Positions 10,488 through 23,345 of a DNA stretch of 64,000 nt are shown piece after piece. Within the stretch, counting starts at the first letter, position 1. Each line of letters begins with the position of its first letter. The position numbers and the translations under genes are program-made. Below the pieces are notes generated by a model that did no database searches, had not been told where the DNA came from, and saw only the letters and a list, made by a program, of their open reading frames with translations. This stretch comes from an uncultured Candidatus Rokubacteria bacterium (GTDB lineage Bacteria > Methylomirabilota > Methylomirabilia > Rokubacteriales > CSP1-6), in NCBI GenBank assembly GCA_963747235.1, contig CAVVEU010000024.1, forward strand, positions 544,001 to 608,000. The letters are read 5' to 3'.

Positions 10488-11091
10488 TCCCGGGCAGGAT
10501 GGACAGGATGATGATCGCGAAGATCACGAGCGAGAAGTTGCGCCGCACCACCGGGATATTGCCGAAGAGGTAGCCGCCCAGCACCAGGCTCAGGATCCAC
10601 AGGAGCGCGCCCGCCACGTTGTAGAAGAGGAAGTGCCCGTACCGCATCCGGCCGATGCCCGCCACGAACGGGGCGAACGTCCGCACGATCGGCACGAACC
10701 GCGCGATCACGATGGTCTTGGCCCCGTAGCGCTCGTAGAACTCGTGGGTGCGGTCGAGATGACGGCGGTTCAGGAACCGCACGCCCTCCCGCCGGAACAC
10801 CCGCGGGCCGAGCCTCGCCCCGATCGCGTAGTTGACGCTGTCCCCCAGGATCGCGGCGGCGCTCAGCAGCGCGATGACCAGCCCGAGGTCGAGGGCCCCG
10901 AGGGCCGCGAAGGTGCCGACCGCGAAGAGCAGCGAGTCGCCGGGCAGGAAGGGCGTCACCACCAGGCCCGTCTCGCAGAAGACGATCAGGAACAGGATCA
11001 GGTAGGTCCAGACCCCGTACTGCTGGATGATCTCGCTGAGATGCCGGTCCAGATGGAGCACGATGTCGACGAGCAGCCACAGGAGATCCAT
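10438..11091 (-). CDS. dedA: DedA family membrane protein
   Basis: FCETGLVVTPFLPGDSLLF, GDSVNY, ARFVPIVRTFAPFVAG. Confidence 0.92.
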   Translation of the reverse strand: MDLLWLLVDIVLHLDRHLSEIIQQYGVWTYLILFLIVFCETGLVVTPFLPGDSLLFAVGTFAALGALDLGLVIALLSAAAILGDSVNYAIGARLGPRVFRREGVRFLNRRHLDRTHEFYERYGAKTIVIARFVPIVRTFAPFVAGIGRMRYGHFLFYNVAGALLWILSLVLGGYLFGNIPVVRRNFSLVIFAIIILSILPGIIEVWRQRGRAGTVAR

Positions 11092-11223
11092 GGTCCGACC
11101 ATTGTAGCCTCTGGCCGGGCTCCTGACCGAATTCGCAGCAGCGGCTGCCTGTCGGATGACCAGCGCGGCGCGGCCGCGTGATCCGCGGGGCCGATTTGGC
11201 GCGGTTCCACGCGGGTTCGATGC

Positions 11224-11238
11224 TGGCACAGGGGTTGC
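11224..11238 (+). promoter_or_regulatory. sigma54 (-24/-12) promoter
   Basis: TGGCACAGGGGTTGC, full match to TGGCAC-N5-TTGC, 23 nt before GTG 11262. Confidence 0.7.
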
Positions 11239-11261
11239 TCCCGCCGATGGGGCCCAGCCAC

Positions 11262-11576
11262 GTGAGCGAGCGCGTAGATTCCTGCTTGGTGGTCGGCGGC
11301 GGGATCGTCGCCGTTCGCGCCGTGGTGTCGCTGCTGGAGGCGGGCGCCCGCGTCACGGTGGTGAGCCCGTGGCTCGCGCCCGCGCTCCTCGAGGTGGCGC
11401 GCGAGGGCCGGCTCTCCTGGTGGCCGCGGGAGTACGCGTGCGGCGACGTGTCGGGCTTCGCGCGGGTGGTCGCCGCGACCGACGACGCGGAGGTCAACGC
11501 GCGCGTGCTCGCGGAAGCCCGCGAGCGCGGCCTGCCGGTACCCCCGACGCCGCGTCGATCGGCCGACCACCGCTGA
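11262..11576 (+). CDS. Stand-alone NAD-binding domain of precorrin-2 dehydrogenase (CysG-N/SirC-like), truncated
   Basis: CLVVGGGIVA, LLEAGARVTVVSP, VVAATDDAEVNARV; stops before the expected NxxD and dimerisation region. Confidence 0.65.
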   Translation: MSERVDSCLVVGGGIVAVRAVVSLLEAGARVTVVSPWLAPALLEVAREGRLSWWPREYACGDVSGFARVVAATDDAEVNARVLAEARERGLPVPPTPRRSADHR

Positions 11577-11612
11577 GGGCGTCCAGCGCCCACTGAAGTT
11601 GGTCCCGGAGGT

Positions 11613-11639
11613 TCGGAAGGGGGCGCAGCCCCCCTCCGA
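11613..11639. repeat. GC-rich hairpin between convergent genes (REP-like or bidirectional terminator)
   Basis: TCGGAAGGGGGC-GCA-GCCCCCCTCCGA, 12-bp stem with one mismatch. Confidence 0.55.
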
Positions 11640-11640
11640 G

Positions 11641-12616
<976 letters not shown>

Positions 12617-12620
<4 letters not shown>

Positions 12621-13621
12621 CGCGCCGCGCTCGAGGTGGCGGGGGCCGGGACCGAGAGCCAGCAGCGCGTGGTGTGACGCGGGGCCAGCACCGTCTCGGG
12701 CGGCGTCTGCTCGCGGCACTGGGTCAGCGCCTGCGGGCAGCGCGGGTGAAACGCGCAGCCGGACGGCGGCGCGGCCAGATCCGGCGGCTGGCCCTCGATG
12801 GCGGTCAGGCGCTCGCGGCTGTCGCCCATGCGCGGGATGGACCCGAGCAGCGCCTGGGTGTACGGATGGGCGGGCGCGTCGAAGATGCGGGTCACCGGTC
12901 CCCACTCGACCAGCCGCCCCGCGTACATCACCGCCACCTGGTCGCACATCTTGGCCACGATGCCCAGGTTGTGGGTGATGAAGATCAGGGCCAGCTCGTG
13001 CTGCCGCTGCAGGTCCCGCAGGAGATTCAGGTACTGGGCCTGGATCGTGAGGTCCAGGCTCGTGGTGGGCTCGTCGGCGATGAGCAGCCGGGGGGCGCAG
13101 GAGATCGCGATGGCCCCCACGATGCGCTGGCGCATGCCGCCCGACATCTGGTGGGGGTACTCGCCCACCCGCGCCTCCGGCGCGGAGATGCGCACCGACT
13201 TCAGCAGCTCCTTGGCCCGGCTCCAGGCCCCGGCGCGCCCCACCCCTTCGTGCACGCGGAGCGCCTCCCCGACCTGGTCCCCGACGGTGAAGAGCGGGTT
13301 CAGCGAGGCCATCGGGTCCTGCAGGATCATCGCGATGCGCTTGCCGCGGATGCGCCGCATCTCGGCGTCGGACTTCGCGCGGAGGTCCTCGCCGTCGAAG
13401 AGGATCTCCCCGCCGGTGATGCGGGCCGCGGGCGGCAGCAGGCGCAGGATGGTCAGCGCCAGCGTGCTCTTGCCGGAGCCGGACTCGCCCACGATGCCGA
13501 GCGTGCTGCCCGCCTCCAGCGTGAGCGAGACCTCGTCCACCGCGCGCACCACGCGGGTGCCCCGCGCGCTGACATAGTGGGTCGAGAGGTTGCGCAGCTC
13601 GAGAAGGGGCGGAGCGCTCAC
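12617..13621 (-). CDS. Oligopeptide/dipeptide ABC ATP-binding protein (OppD/DppD-like)
   Basis: [29 protein letters not shown]. Confidence 0.92.
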
Positions 13622-14502
13622 AGCTGGCGGAGCTGGGGGTCGAGCTTCACGCGGAGCCAGTCACCCAGGAGGTTGGCGGAGAGCACCATGAACATGATGC
13701 AGCAGCCGGGCAGCACGGTGAGCCACCAGTAGCCCGCCATCATGCCCTTCTTGCCGTCGGCGAGCATGAGCCCCCAGGCCGGCTTGGGCGGTGGGACCCC
13801 GACCCCGAGGAAGGACAGGGCCGCTTCCGTCACCACCACCACCCCCAGCATCAGGGTGCCCAGCACGATGGCGGAGTTGAGCACGTTGGGCAGGATGTGC
13901 CGCTTCATGATGGTGCGCCTGGAGCAGCCCGCCACGATGGCGAGGCGGACGAAATCGCGCTCCTTCAGCGAGAGCACCTCGCCGCGGATCACCCGCGCGT
14001 AGCGCGTCCAGTAGACCGCACCCAGGATGATCACGATGTTCATCTCGCTGGGCCCCACCACCGCGGCCAGGAAGATCGCGAAGGTCAGCGCGGGCAGGGC
14101 GAGCCAGGTGTCGGTGATCCGCATGATGACCTGGTCCACCCAGCCGCCCAGGTAGCCGGACAGGATGCCGAGGCCGGTGCCCAGGACGCCCGCCACCAGC
14201 ACCGCGGTGAAGCCCACCACGATGGAGACGCGGGCCCCGAAGATCAGGCGCGAGAGCACGTCGCGGCCCAGGTGATCGCTGCCGAGCAGGAACTTCTCGC
14301 TCCCGCCCTGCTGCCAGAACGGGGGGCGGAAGCGCTCGCCCAGGGCGCCCACCTCGGGATCGTGCGGGGCGAGCACGTTGGCGAAGATCGCCACGAAGAG
14401 CAGACCGCCCAGGATGGACAGCGGGATCAGCGGGAAGCCCTCGGTCCGGAACGCGGCGAGGCGCCCGGCGACGGGGATCGTGGCGGCGCGGCTGCCGTTC
14501 AT
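13618..14502 (-). CDS. Peptide ABC permease (OppC/DppC-like)
   Basis: LGSDHLGRDVLSRLIFGAR, HILPNV, EAALSFLGVG, LLGDWLR. Confidence 0.9.
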   Translation of the reverse strand: MNGSRAATIPVAGRLAAFRTEGFPLIPLSILGGLLFVAIFANVLAPHDPEVGALGERFRPPFWQQGGSEKFLLGSDHLGRDVLSRLIFGARVSIVVGFTAVLVAGVLGTGLGILSGYLGGWVDQVIMRITDTWLALPALTFAIFLAAVVGPSEMNIVIILGAVYWTRYARVIRGEVLSLKERDFVRLAIVAGCSRRTIMKRHILPNVLNSAIVLGTLMLGVVVVTEAALSFLGVGVPPPKPAWGLMLADGKKGMMAGYWWLTVLPGCCIMFMVLSANLLGDWLRVKLDPQLRQL

Positions 14503-15420
14503 CGGGCGAACCGGATGCGCGGATCGATGACCGCGTAGAGGATGTCGACGAGGAGGCTCACGATCACGACCATGGCTCCATTCAGGATGACGGTCGCCTG
14601 CACGACCGGGAAGTCGCGGAAGGCGATGCCCTCGTAGAGCAGCCGGCCGATGCCGGGCCACGCGAAGACCGTCTCCACCACCACCGCGACGTTGACCATG
14701 ACCACGAGATTGATCCCGGCCAGCGTCAGCACCGGGATGAGCGCGTTCTTGAACGCGTGCTTGCCGATCACGAGCGCTTCCGGCAGCCCCTTGAGCCGGG
14801 CCAGCTTCACGTACTCGGAGCCCAGCACGTCCAGCATGGACGAGCGGGTGAGCCGCATGTGGGCGGCCGCGAAGTACCAGCCGAGCGCGAAGGCGGGCAT
14901 GATCGAGGTGGGCCGCGGTGCCCGAGCCGGAGGACGGGAGCCACCCGAGGTACACCGAGAAGAACAGGATCAGGAGGAGGCCGACCCAGAACGACGGCAG
15001 CGACAGCCCGAGGAGGGCGAACACCTTGCCCGCGCTGTCCCACCACTGGTTGACCCGCACCGCCGCGATGATCCCGGTGGGGATGCCGATCAGGAGCGAG
15101 AAGGCCATCGCCGCGCCGGCGAGCAGGAGCGAGCTGGGCAAGCGCGAGAGATAGAGCTCGAGGACCGGGGTGCGGTAGTAGAAGGAGTGGCCGAGGTCGC
15201 CGCGCACCAGGCTCGAGGCGAAGTGGCCGTACTGCACCCAGATCGGGCGGTCGAGGCCGAACTGCTGGCGGATGGCCTCCATGTCGGCCTGGCTGGCCCC
15301 CGGCTCCACCAGGAGCACGGTCGGATCGCCGGTCAGCCGCACGAGCAGGAAGATCGTGATGGACAGGAGGACGAGCGAGATCGCCGCGAAGCCGACCCGC
15401 TTGAGAATGTAGCGCTTCAT
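14499..15420 (-). CDS. Peptide ABC permease (OppB/DppB-like), frameshift ~14905
   Basis: GLDRPIWVQY, GDLGHS, then RSSMLDVL...HAFKNA...VETVFAWPGIG, DPRIR. Confidence 0.88.
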
Positions 15421-15421
15421 G

Positions 15422-16985
15422 TCACTGCTTCTTCAGGCGCAGGTCTTCGTACGGCGCCGAGTACGCGTGGTTGGCCACGAGCCCCAGCCCGTGGACCTCG
15501 AGGCGCGGGCCCACCCCGTTGAGGAAGGCGGGCTCGATCACCGGCCCGAACATGACCTTCTCGTGGATGAGCTGCTGGATCTTGTGGAGGATCTGCTGGC
15601 GCACCCGCGGGTTCATCTCGTTGACCTGCTCGGTGTAGAGGCCGTCCACGTCGGGATAGGCGCCGTACGCGTAGCGGCCGCCCGTGACCGCGTACTGCTC
15701 GAGGCGCGTGGGCGCGTTGCCGGGCGCGCCGCTGCCGCTGAAGATCACCCCGCGCAGCTTCTTCTCGCCGTACTCCTTGAAGAAGGCGACGCGCTCCATC
15801 GGCCGGAGGCGAAGCCGGATGCCGACCTGCTGGAGGTAGTTGGCCACCGGCTCCCCGATGGCCACGCCGTAGATCGTGTCGCCGGTGAGATCGCCCGCGT
15901 CGAAGCCGTTCGGGTAGCCCGCCTCCACCAGGAGCTGCTTGGCCGCCCTTGGCGTCGAAGGCGTAGGGCGGCGGCGCCCAGAAGTACTCCATGCCCTGGG
16001 GGATGAAGCGAGTGCGCGAGCTTGGAGAGGCCCGAGGTAGACCGCCTGGTTGATGCCGGCGCGGTCGATCGCGAGGTTCGCGGCCAGGCGCACGCGCCGG
16101 TCGTGCCAGGGCGACTTCGGGTCCCACTGCTCGGTGAAGACCAGCCAGGTGGTGAAGGTGAAGTAGGTGGGCAGCCAGGGCGAGCCCGGGCGTGCGCTTG
16201 AGCTCCTCGGCGAGCGGCCCGGTGATCGAGTAGGCCACGTCCACCTCGCCGCGCTTGAGCGCGGCCAGCCGGGTGGACTCGTCGGGGATCGTGCCGCAGC
16301 ACGAGCGTCTTCACCGCCGGGATCTTTCGCCAGTAGTGCTCGTGCGCTTCCAGGATCAGCTCGACGCCCGGCTTGAACGAGACGAACTTGTACGGCCCCG
16401 CGCCCACCGGGCGCCTTCTTGAAGCCCTCGTCGCCCACCTGCTCGACGTACTTCCTGGGCACGATCCAGGCGGCGCCGGTCGCCGGCGTCGCGTAGAAGG
16501 CCAGGAAGTCGGGCCACGCCTGCTTCAGGGTGAAGCGGACACGGTGCGGGTCGAGCGCCTCCACCTTGGCGACCTTGCCCTTGAGCAGGGCCGCGCTCGC
16601 GCCCCGGTACCGCTCGAAGGAGAACTTCACGTCCTCGGCGGTCATCACGTCGCCGTTGTGGAAGCGCACGTTCTTCCGCAGCACGAACTCGTAGACGAGG
16701 CCGTCCTTCGACTGGGTCCACGACTCGGCGAGGGACGGCGCCATCGCCTTGCCGGGCATCGGCTTCACGAGGGCGTCGTGCATGCGCGTACAGCACCATG
16801 AAGGGCGTGATGATCCCGGCGGTCTCGGCCGGATCGAACCAGGTCGGCGCCAGGGAGACGTGCACGGCCCAGGTCACCTGGCCTTCGGGCGCGGCGATGG
16901 CTGCGGGCGGGGCGGGGAAGGTGAAGAGCGCAACGGCCAGCGACAGCGCGATCAGGGTCGAGCGGACAGGGGTCATGGGCACCAT
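15422..16985 (-). CDS. Peptide ABC solute-binding protein (family 5), multiple frameshifts
   Basis: Signal peptide; PSLAESW, FHNGDVMTAEDVKFSF, GAGPYKF, DRRVRLA, AGYPNGF across frames. Confidence 0.85.
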
Positions 16986-17172
16986 TTCCTGAAGGAGGTG
17001 TGCACGGCGACTCGGACAGAGGGCGCACTCCTGAACAGGGCGGCGAGAAGACCGCCGCGAGGGCCGATAGGCGGATGCGCCGGGGTCCGATCATCACCGT
17101 CTCCTCCATGAGACGAAGGTCGGAGCGCTAGGAAGCTTGGGACTTGGCCTGAGTCGGGTCGGGAGTGCCGTG

Positions 17173-17200
17173 ATTATCGTCGAAACGATGTCCTTGTCAA
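17173..17200 (-). promoter_or_regulatory. sigma70-type promoter upstream of peptide ABC operon
   Basis: Minus strand TTGACA-16-GATAAT. Confidence 0.5.
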
Positions 17201-17218
17201 TGGGGCGGGAACGGCGAA

Positions 17219-17559
17219 TCAGCGGTCGCGGGCGGTGGTATAGACCTCGATCAGCCCGGTGAGGGTCCGGACGCTGCGGTCGAAGACGTCGGCGGCCCGG
17301 CCGATGGTGGCGGGGGTGGTGCCGTCCATGCGCAGGATGTGGGTCCAGCCCGCGATGGCGTTCAGGTGAGCCCGCAGGTCGTGGCCGAGCTGGTGCCGCG
17401 CCTCGCCGTCCGCCTTCCGCTCCCGCTCCACGGAGCCGCGCAGCGCGGTGACGCGTCCGGCCAGGTCGGCGCGCGCCTCGTCGGGCAGGTCGCGCCGTCC
17501 CGCGACGGCCGCTTCGAGGTTCTCGAGCAGCCCCGCGACGGTCGGGTCCATCGTCTCGA

Positions 17560-17563
<4 letters not shown>
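17219..17563 (-). CDS. Stand-alone HisKA/DHp (phosphoacceptor) domain protein
   Basis: H-box-like [15 protein letters not shown], no HATPase domain; GTG overlaps stop of the upstream regulator. Confidence 0.7.
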
Positions 17564-18958
<1,395 letters not shown>

Positions 18959-19222
18959 CGCGAATCGTCCATGTCCACTGATCGAGCAAGGGCCGTGCCC
19001 GGACCGAGGGCGCGGCGATGTGCTGGAAACTATGAAGATGACCGCCACGCGATCGGGTCAGCCAGTCGCGATGACGGCATTGTGGCACGGTAAGAACGAC
19101 CCGGCTACCGGCCGGCGACCTCCTGACGCTCGGAAGTTCTGACCCGGTAACCCTTGGGTACTCAGCGCACCGCACCGCCCGATCCGGACGGAAAACGGGC
19201 TCGTTGCCGGGGTTTGGGCGGG

Positions 19223-19237
19223 TGGCAGCCGAGTTGC
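19223..19237 (+). promoter_or_regulatory. sigma54 (-24/-12) promoter, followed by direct repeats
   Basis: TGGCAGCCGAGTTGC; GGTGTTGCGA repeated at 19242 and 19260. Confidence 0.55.
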
Positions 19238-19294
19238 TTCGGGTGTTGCGACTTGTGAAGGTGTTGCGATTTTGCGAGAGGAGACCAGACAACG

Positions 19295-19567
19295 ATGGCG
19301 CAGCGGCGAGAGCTTGATGAGTCGCTCCTGACCGAGGTCACCCGGCGCCTGGCCGAGATCTCGGAGACCCAGCACGAACTGGCCCGCCGGCAGCGGATCC
19401 TGTCTCGCGCGGCGACGCAACTCCGCACGGGCAAGGGCGGGGAATCGGTCCTGGCCGAGATCCGCGAGCAGAGCCCGGAGCTGCTCCGGGACTACTGCGA
19501 TCTCCACGTCACGCTCACCACGTCGCCGCCGCTCCGCCCGGTGCCTCGGGTCGCCGCCTCGGCCTGA
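19295..19567 (+). CDS. Hypothetical 90-aa helical/coiled-coil protein
   Basis: SD GAGGAG upstream, GC3-rich codons, helical charged sequence. Confidence 0.7.
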   Translation: MAQRRELDESLLTEVTRRLAEISETQHELARRQRILSRAATQLRTGKGGESVLAEIREQSPELLRDYCDLHVTLTTSPPLRPVPRVAASA

Positions 19568-19591
19568 AGCGGGCCGCGGGCGCCGGGCCGA

Positions 19592-20567
19592 TCAGGCCGA
19601 CGGGGCGAGCGTCTCCGCCCACTCCGGCCGGATCCGCATGCGGGTGACGGCCTCCATCACCCGGTGCGGGCTCCCCAGATCGGACCAGACGATGCGCGGG
19701 AGCCGGGAGACCGCGAGCGCATCCGGACACGCTTCGATCACGCTCTTCGAGAAATTCGCCCGGGCCATCAGCTCGTAGGCCTGTCGGACCGCATCGGCTT
19801 CCTCGGGCGTGCCCAGGAACGGCTCGATGTGGGCCAGGCGATCGCTCAGCTCGGGCAGCGCCTGCCAGCCGGTCTGCACCAGCGTCGCGACCTTGGCGAC
19901 GAGGACCGACGTATTCCACAGGTGACCGGCCCCGAGACAGGCGCGGGCGCGCGCGACCGACGGCTTCTCCCAGAACTGCCGCACCGCCCGGACCGGGCCG
20001 GTGGAGAGATCGCCGAGCGCCTCGTCCGGCTCGATCCATCCGTATTCCACTTCCGGTGAGGTCGGCGGGGCGCCGAGCAGCACGAGCCGCTCGGGATGCT
20101 TCTCGACCCAGGCGGTCACTTCCGCGACGTGGGCCATGAAGGCGGTGTCGCCGAGCAGGAAGTGGTCGGACGGGAAGATCGCCACCGTCGCTTCGGGATT
20201 GCGCCAGGCGATCCAGTGCGCCGGGTAGAGCACCCCGGCGGCGGTGCCGCGATCGAGCGGCTGGGCCAGGATCCGCGGGCGCGTGGCGCCGGAGAACTCC
20301 TCGGCGATGTAGCCGGCGTGCCGGCGGACCGTGACGACGAGCGTACGCTCCGGCGGGATGGCGAGGGCCACGCGGTCGAGGGTCTGCCGTAGGAGCGTGC
20401 GCGGGCCGAGGAGGCGCACGTACTGCTTCGGCCGATCGGCGCCGAACACCTGGCGGACCAGAGGCCGCAGTCGCATGCCCTCGCCGCCGGCCAGGATCAC
20501 CGCCCAGCAGTGCGGCGGTTCGACGCGCGCGATCGTGTCCGTGCTCCAGTAGCGTCTGCTCGCTCAT
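19592..20567 (-). CDS. Sugar-phosphate nucleotidyltransferase (mannose-1-P guanylyltransferase-like, no cupin domain), indel near 5' end
   Basis: WAVILAGGEGMRL, PKQY, QPLDRGTA, FPSDH, EYGWI, FWEKP, WSDLG; SD AGGAGGAG. Confidence 0.88.
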
Positions 20568-20618
20568 CCCGTCTCCTCCTGCCCCGGGAATTTGATGAAG
20601 GGGGGCGGCGTCGGGAGT

Positions 20619-20633
20619 TCAAGCGACGTGCCA
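20619..20633 (-). promoter_or_regulatory. sigma54-like promoter for nucleotidyltransferase
   Basis: Minus strand TGGCACGTCGCTTGA (-12 C replaced by A). Confidence 0.5.
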
Positions 20634-20790
20634 GCCCGCCATCGAGCCGCGCCTCTCGCCGGCCCAATACTGGCGGGGCATTTTCATGAAGGGCGGCGGG
20701 GCTCGCGGACGAACAGGAGCTTCTACCGGGTTATTTCTTCCGCGACGCCCCGGGTGACTCCGCGCGGACGAGTCCGCTATAATGCGCTCC

Positions 20791-21772
20791 ATGAAACCGC
20801 TCGTCGTGCTCGGAGGGCCCATCCACGAGGATGGGATGAAGCAGCTCGAGGCGGAGGCGCGGGTGGTCGTCACGAGCGCCGAGACCGAGGCCGGCATGAT
20901 CGCCGCCGCCAAGGAGGCCGAGGGCATCCTCTTCCGCTCCAAGCCGGACTGCACCCGGAGCCTGATGGCGGCCTGCCCGAAGCTCAAGGTGGTGGGGCGT
21001 CACGGGGTGGGACTCGACATCGTGGACCTGCCCGCGGCCACCGATCTCGGCGTCGCGGTGGTGCACGCGCCCGGCTCCAACTCGAACTCGGTGGCCGAGC
21101 ACGCGATCATGCTCATGCTGGCCTGCGCCAAGCAGGCGGTGGTGGTGGACCAGCGGACCCGCAAGGCCGAGTGGGGCAAGGCCCGCTGGGAGGGCATGCT
21201 CGAGCTGAACGGCAAGACGCTCGGCATCATCGGCGTCGGCAATATCGGCCGGCGGGTGGCCCGGACCGCGGCCGCGCTCGGCATGCGGGTGATCGGGTAC
21301 GACAAGTACGTGCCGGCCGACGAGGTGCGCAACCGCGGGGTCGAGCCGATGCCCGACATGGCCTCGGTCCTGCGCCAGGCCGACGTGGTGACCTGCCACA
21401 CGCCGCATACCAAGGAATCGCATCACATGATCGACGCCGCCGCGGTGGCCCAGATGAAGGACGGCGTGATCTTCGTGAACACCTCCCGCGGCAAGACCCA
21501 GGACGAGAACGCCCTCGTGGCCGGGCTCGAGAGCGGCAAGATCCGCGCGGCGGGCATCGACGTCTTCGAGGAGGAGCCCGCGTCCTCCGACAACCGCTTC
21601 TTCCAGCTCGAGAACGTGATCGTCTCGCCCCACATCGCGGGGGTGACTCGGGAGACCATGCGCGGGATGGCGCTCCAGGTGACCGCCGAGATGCTCCGCG
21701 TGCTGCGCGGCGAGAAGCCGCACGTGCTCGGCCAACGCCGATCTCTGGCCTCGGCTCGGGCACCTCAAGTAG
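20791..21772 (+). CDS. D-isomer-specific 2-hydroxyacid dehydrogenase (SerA-like, no ACT domain), indel near 3' end
   Basis: GRHGVGLD, SVAEH, GIIGVGNIG, NTSRG, DVFEEEP, SPHIAG; TATAAT 7 nt before ATG. Confidence 0.88.
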
Positions 21773-21796
21773 ACTGGGCGAGGGGAGACACCACCG

Positions 21797-22585
21797 ATGC
21801 CGATCGACGCGCGCCATCCGAAGGAGATCCGGGCCGACATCCGGGCGGGCCGGCTCGCCACCATCACCGCCGGGCTCGCCCCCGGCTTCGTGCAGGCCAA
21901 CCTCGCGGTGCTGCCGAAGGAGCAGGCCTACGACTTCCTGCTCTTCTGCCAGCGCAACCCGCGGCCCTGCCCGCTCATCGAGGTGACCGACGTGGGCTCG
22001 CCCGAGCCGGTGGGGGTGGCGCCGGGGGCCGACCTGCGCACGGACATTCCGCGGTATCGCATCTACAAGGACGGCGTGCTCGCCGACGAGGTCACCGACG
22101 TGACCCCGTTCTGGCGCGATGACCTGGTCGCCTTCCTCCTCGGCTGCTCGTTCACCTTCGAGTGGGCGCTGCTCGACGCGGGCATCCCGATGCGCCACAT
22201 CGACGAGGGCAAGAACGTGGCGATGTGGAAGACCTCGGTGGCGTGCCGGCCCGCCGGCCAGTTCCACGGGCCCATGGTCGTCTCGATGCGGCCGATCCCG
22301 ACCGGGCTCGTCTCGAAGGCGGTGACGGCCTCGGCGCGCTTCCCCGGCGCCCACGGCGCCCCCGTGCACATCGGCGACCCGGCGGCGCTCGGCATCGCCG
22401 ACGTCAACAAGCCCGACTGGGGCGACTCGGTGGGCGTTCGCGCGGGCGAGGTGCCGGTGTTCTGGGCCTGCGGGGTGACGCCGCAGGCGGTGGCGCTGGC
22501 CTCGAAGCCCGCGTTCATGATCACGCACAGCCCGGGGCACATGTTCATCACCGACCTGCCGAATCACACGCTCGCGGCAATCTGA
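21797..22585 (+). CDS. DUF1445/YcsI-family putative hydro-lyase (D-glutamate cyclase-like)
   Basis: QANL, FCQRNPRPCPL, DLRTDIPRY, GCSFTFE, HGAPVHIG, FWACGVTPQ, THSPGHMFITD. Confidence 0.9.
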   Translation: MPIDARHPKEIRADIRAGRLATITAGLAPGFVQANLAVLPKEQAYDFLLFCQRNPRPCPLIEVTDVGSPEPVGVAPGADLRTDIPRYRIYKDGVLADEVTDVTPFWRDDLVAFLLGCSFTFEWALLDAGIPMRHIDEGKNVAMWKTSVACRPAGQFHGPMVVSMRPIPTGLVSKAVTASARFPGAHGAPVHIGDPAALGIADVNKPDWGDSVGVRAGEVPVFWACGVTPQAVALASKPAFMITHSPGHMFITDLPNHTLAAI

Positions 22586-22598
22586 TCACTCCCGCCCG

Positions 22599-23345
22599 GT
22601 GACGATCTGGTCCGAGCCGCGGTTCCTCCCCTGCGGGGATCGCGCCCTCTCGGTCGAGCTGGGTGACGAGATCACCCGCGACATCAACGCCCGCATCCTG
22701 GCGCTCGAGTACCTGCTCCAGCAGAAGCGCGTGCCCGGCGTCGGCGAGACCGTTCCCAGCTATCGCGCCCTGCTCGTCTACTACGACCCGCTCGTGGTGG
22801 GCTACGAGGAGCTGACCGCCACGCTGCGCGGGCTCCTGGCCGAGGCGCGCCCGGAGGTGCTGCCGCCCGTGCGCACCGTGGAGCTGCCGTGCTGCTACGG
22901 CGGCGAGCTGGGCTTCGAGCTCGAGGCCGCCGCGGCCAAGCTCGGGCTCGCGCCCGAGGAGATGGCGCGCCTGCACGCGGCGGCCGACTACTACGTCTAC
23001 TTCGTCGGCTTCACCCCCGGGCTGCCGTACATGACCGGCATGCCCGAGCGCCTGACGATCCCGCGCCTCACGAACCCGCGCGTGAAGACGCCGCCCGGCA
23101 GCGTGAGCATCGGGGGCGTGCAGTGCTGCATCTACTCGGTGGAGAGCCCGGGCGGCTTCTGGGTGCTCGGCCGCACGCCGGTGCGCCTCTACGATCCGAC
23201 CGCGCCCGATCCGATCCTGCTCCGCGCGGGCGATCACGTGCGCTTCCGCCCGGTCGACCGCGCCGAGTACGACGCGATCGCGGCCCTGGTGGACGCCGGC
23301 CGCTACACGCCCCGGATCGCCGGCTCCGTCACCACGACGCCATGA
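22599..23345 (+). CDS. pxpB: 5-oxoprolinase subunit B (KipI-like)
   Basis: GDRAL, VPSYRAL, GFTPGLPY, PRVKTPPGSV, SPGGFWVLGRTP. Confidence 0.88.
   Translation: MTIWSEPRFLPCGDRALSVELGDEITRDINARILALEYLLQQKRVPGVGETVPSYRALLVYYDPLVVGYEELTATLRGLLAEARPEVLPPVRTVELPCCYGGELGFELEAAAAKLGLAPEEMARLHAAADYYVYFVGFTPGLPYMTGMPERLTIPRLTNPRVKTPPGSVSIGGVQCCIYSVESPGGFWVLGRTPVRLYDPTAPDPILLRAGDHVRFRPVDRAEYDAIAALVDAGRYTPRIAGSVTTTP

Noticed and set aside
13618-15420. Apparent 600-aa OppB-OppC fusion, and similar fusions (REC-HisKA 17219-19048, Pal-CpoB 53291-54766)
   Set aside because: Produced by frameshifts joining separate genes through nonsense linkers
19083-19097. TGGCACG as a further sigma54 promoter
   Set aside because: No TTGC at the -12 position (reads GAAC)
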